DNA from: Thermodesulfovibrionales bacterium
Lineage (GTDB): Bacteria > Nitrospirota > Thermodesulfovibrionia > Thermodesulfovibrionales > SM23-35
NCBI GenBank assembly: GCA_963715195.1
Contig: CAVQRT010000002.1
Span: 256,001-320,000, forward strand
Direction: 5' to 3'
DNA: 64,000 nt
The stretch's first letter is position 1, and the number at the start of each line of letters is the position of its first letter. The position numbers and the translations under genes were made by a program. This document shows, in pieces, positions 61,929 through 64,000 of this stretch. The notes under the pieces were generated by a model. That model searched no databases and was not told the DNA's origin. It saw nothing but the letters and a program-made list of their open reading frames with translations.

Positions 61929-64000
<2,072 letters not shown>

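Overview
A 64 kb, mostly housekeeping window from a Gram-negative bacterium. Gene content and order suggest Nitrospirota/Thermodesulfovibrionia or a Desulfobacterota relative (inference). It contains lipid A/LPS genes (gnnA-gnnB-lpxB-waaA-lpxK, msbA, hldE-kinase, ugd, uxs, galE, GT2/GT4/GT39, a WaaL-GT4 fusion), trpEGD, hisAF, cysEK, purA, serA, folP, ftsH, rph, murI, hemL, smpB-ssrA, three tRNAs, a PilY1-like adhesin and a second RpoD-like sigma factor; the last two each sit behind a sigma-54 promoter motif. The main finding is an archease-RtcB RNA-ligase operon. rtcB is a single reading frame (44965-46410) interrupted only by an in-frame TGA at the conserved metal-binding Cys (GYDIN[U]GVRL). 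A SECIS-like hairpin follows about 11 nt downstream, so this is a candidate selenocysteine RtcB. Also present: a decayed integron integrase with one cassette-like sulfotransferase between ftsH and folP; several families of MITE/REP-like and heptamer repeats, some inserted in frame into hisF, archease and waaA; and several 1-bp frameshifts that are probably assembly errors.
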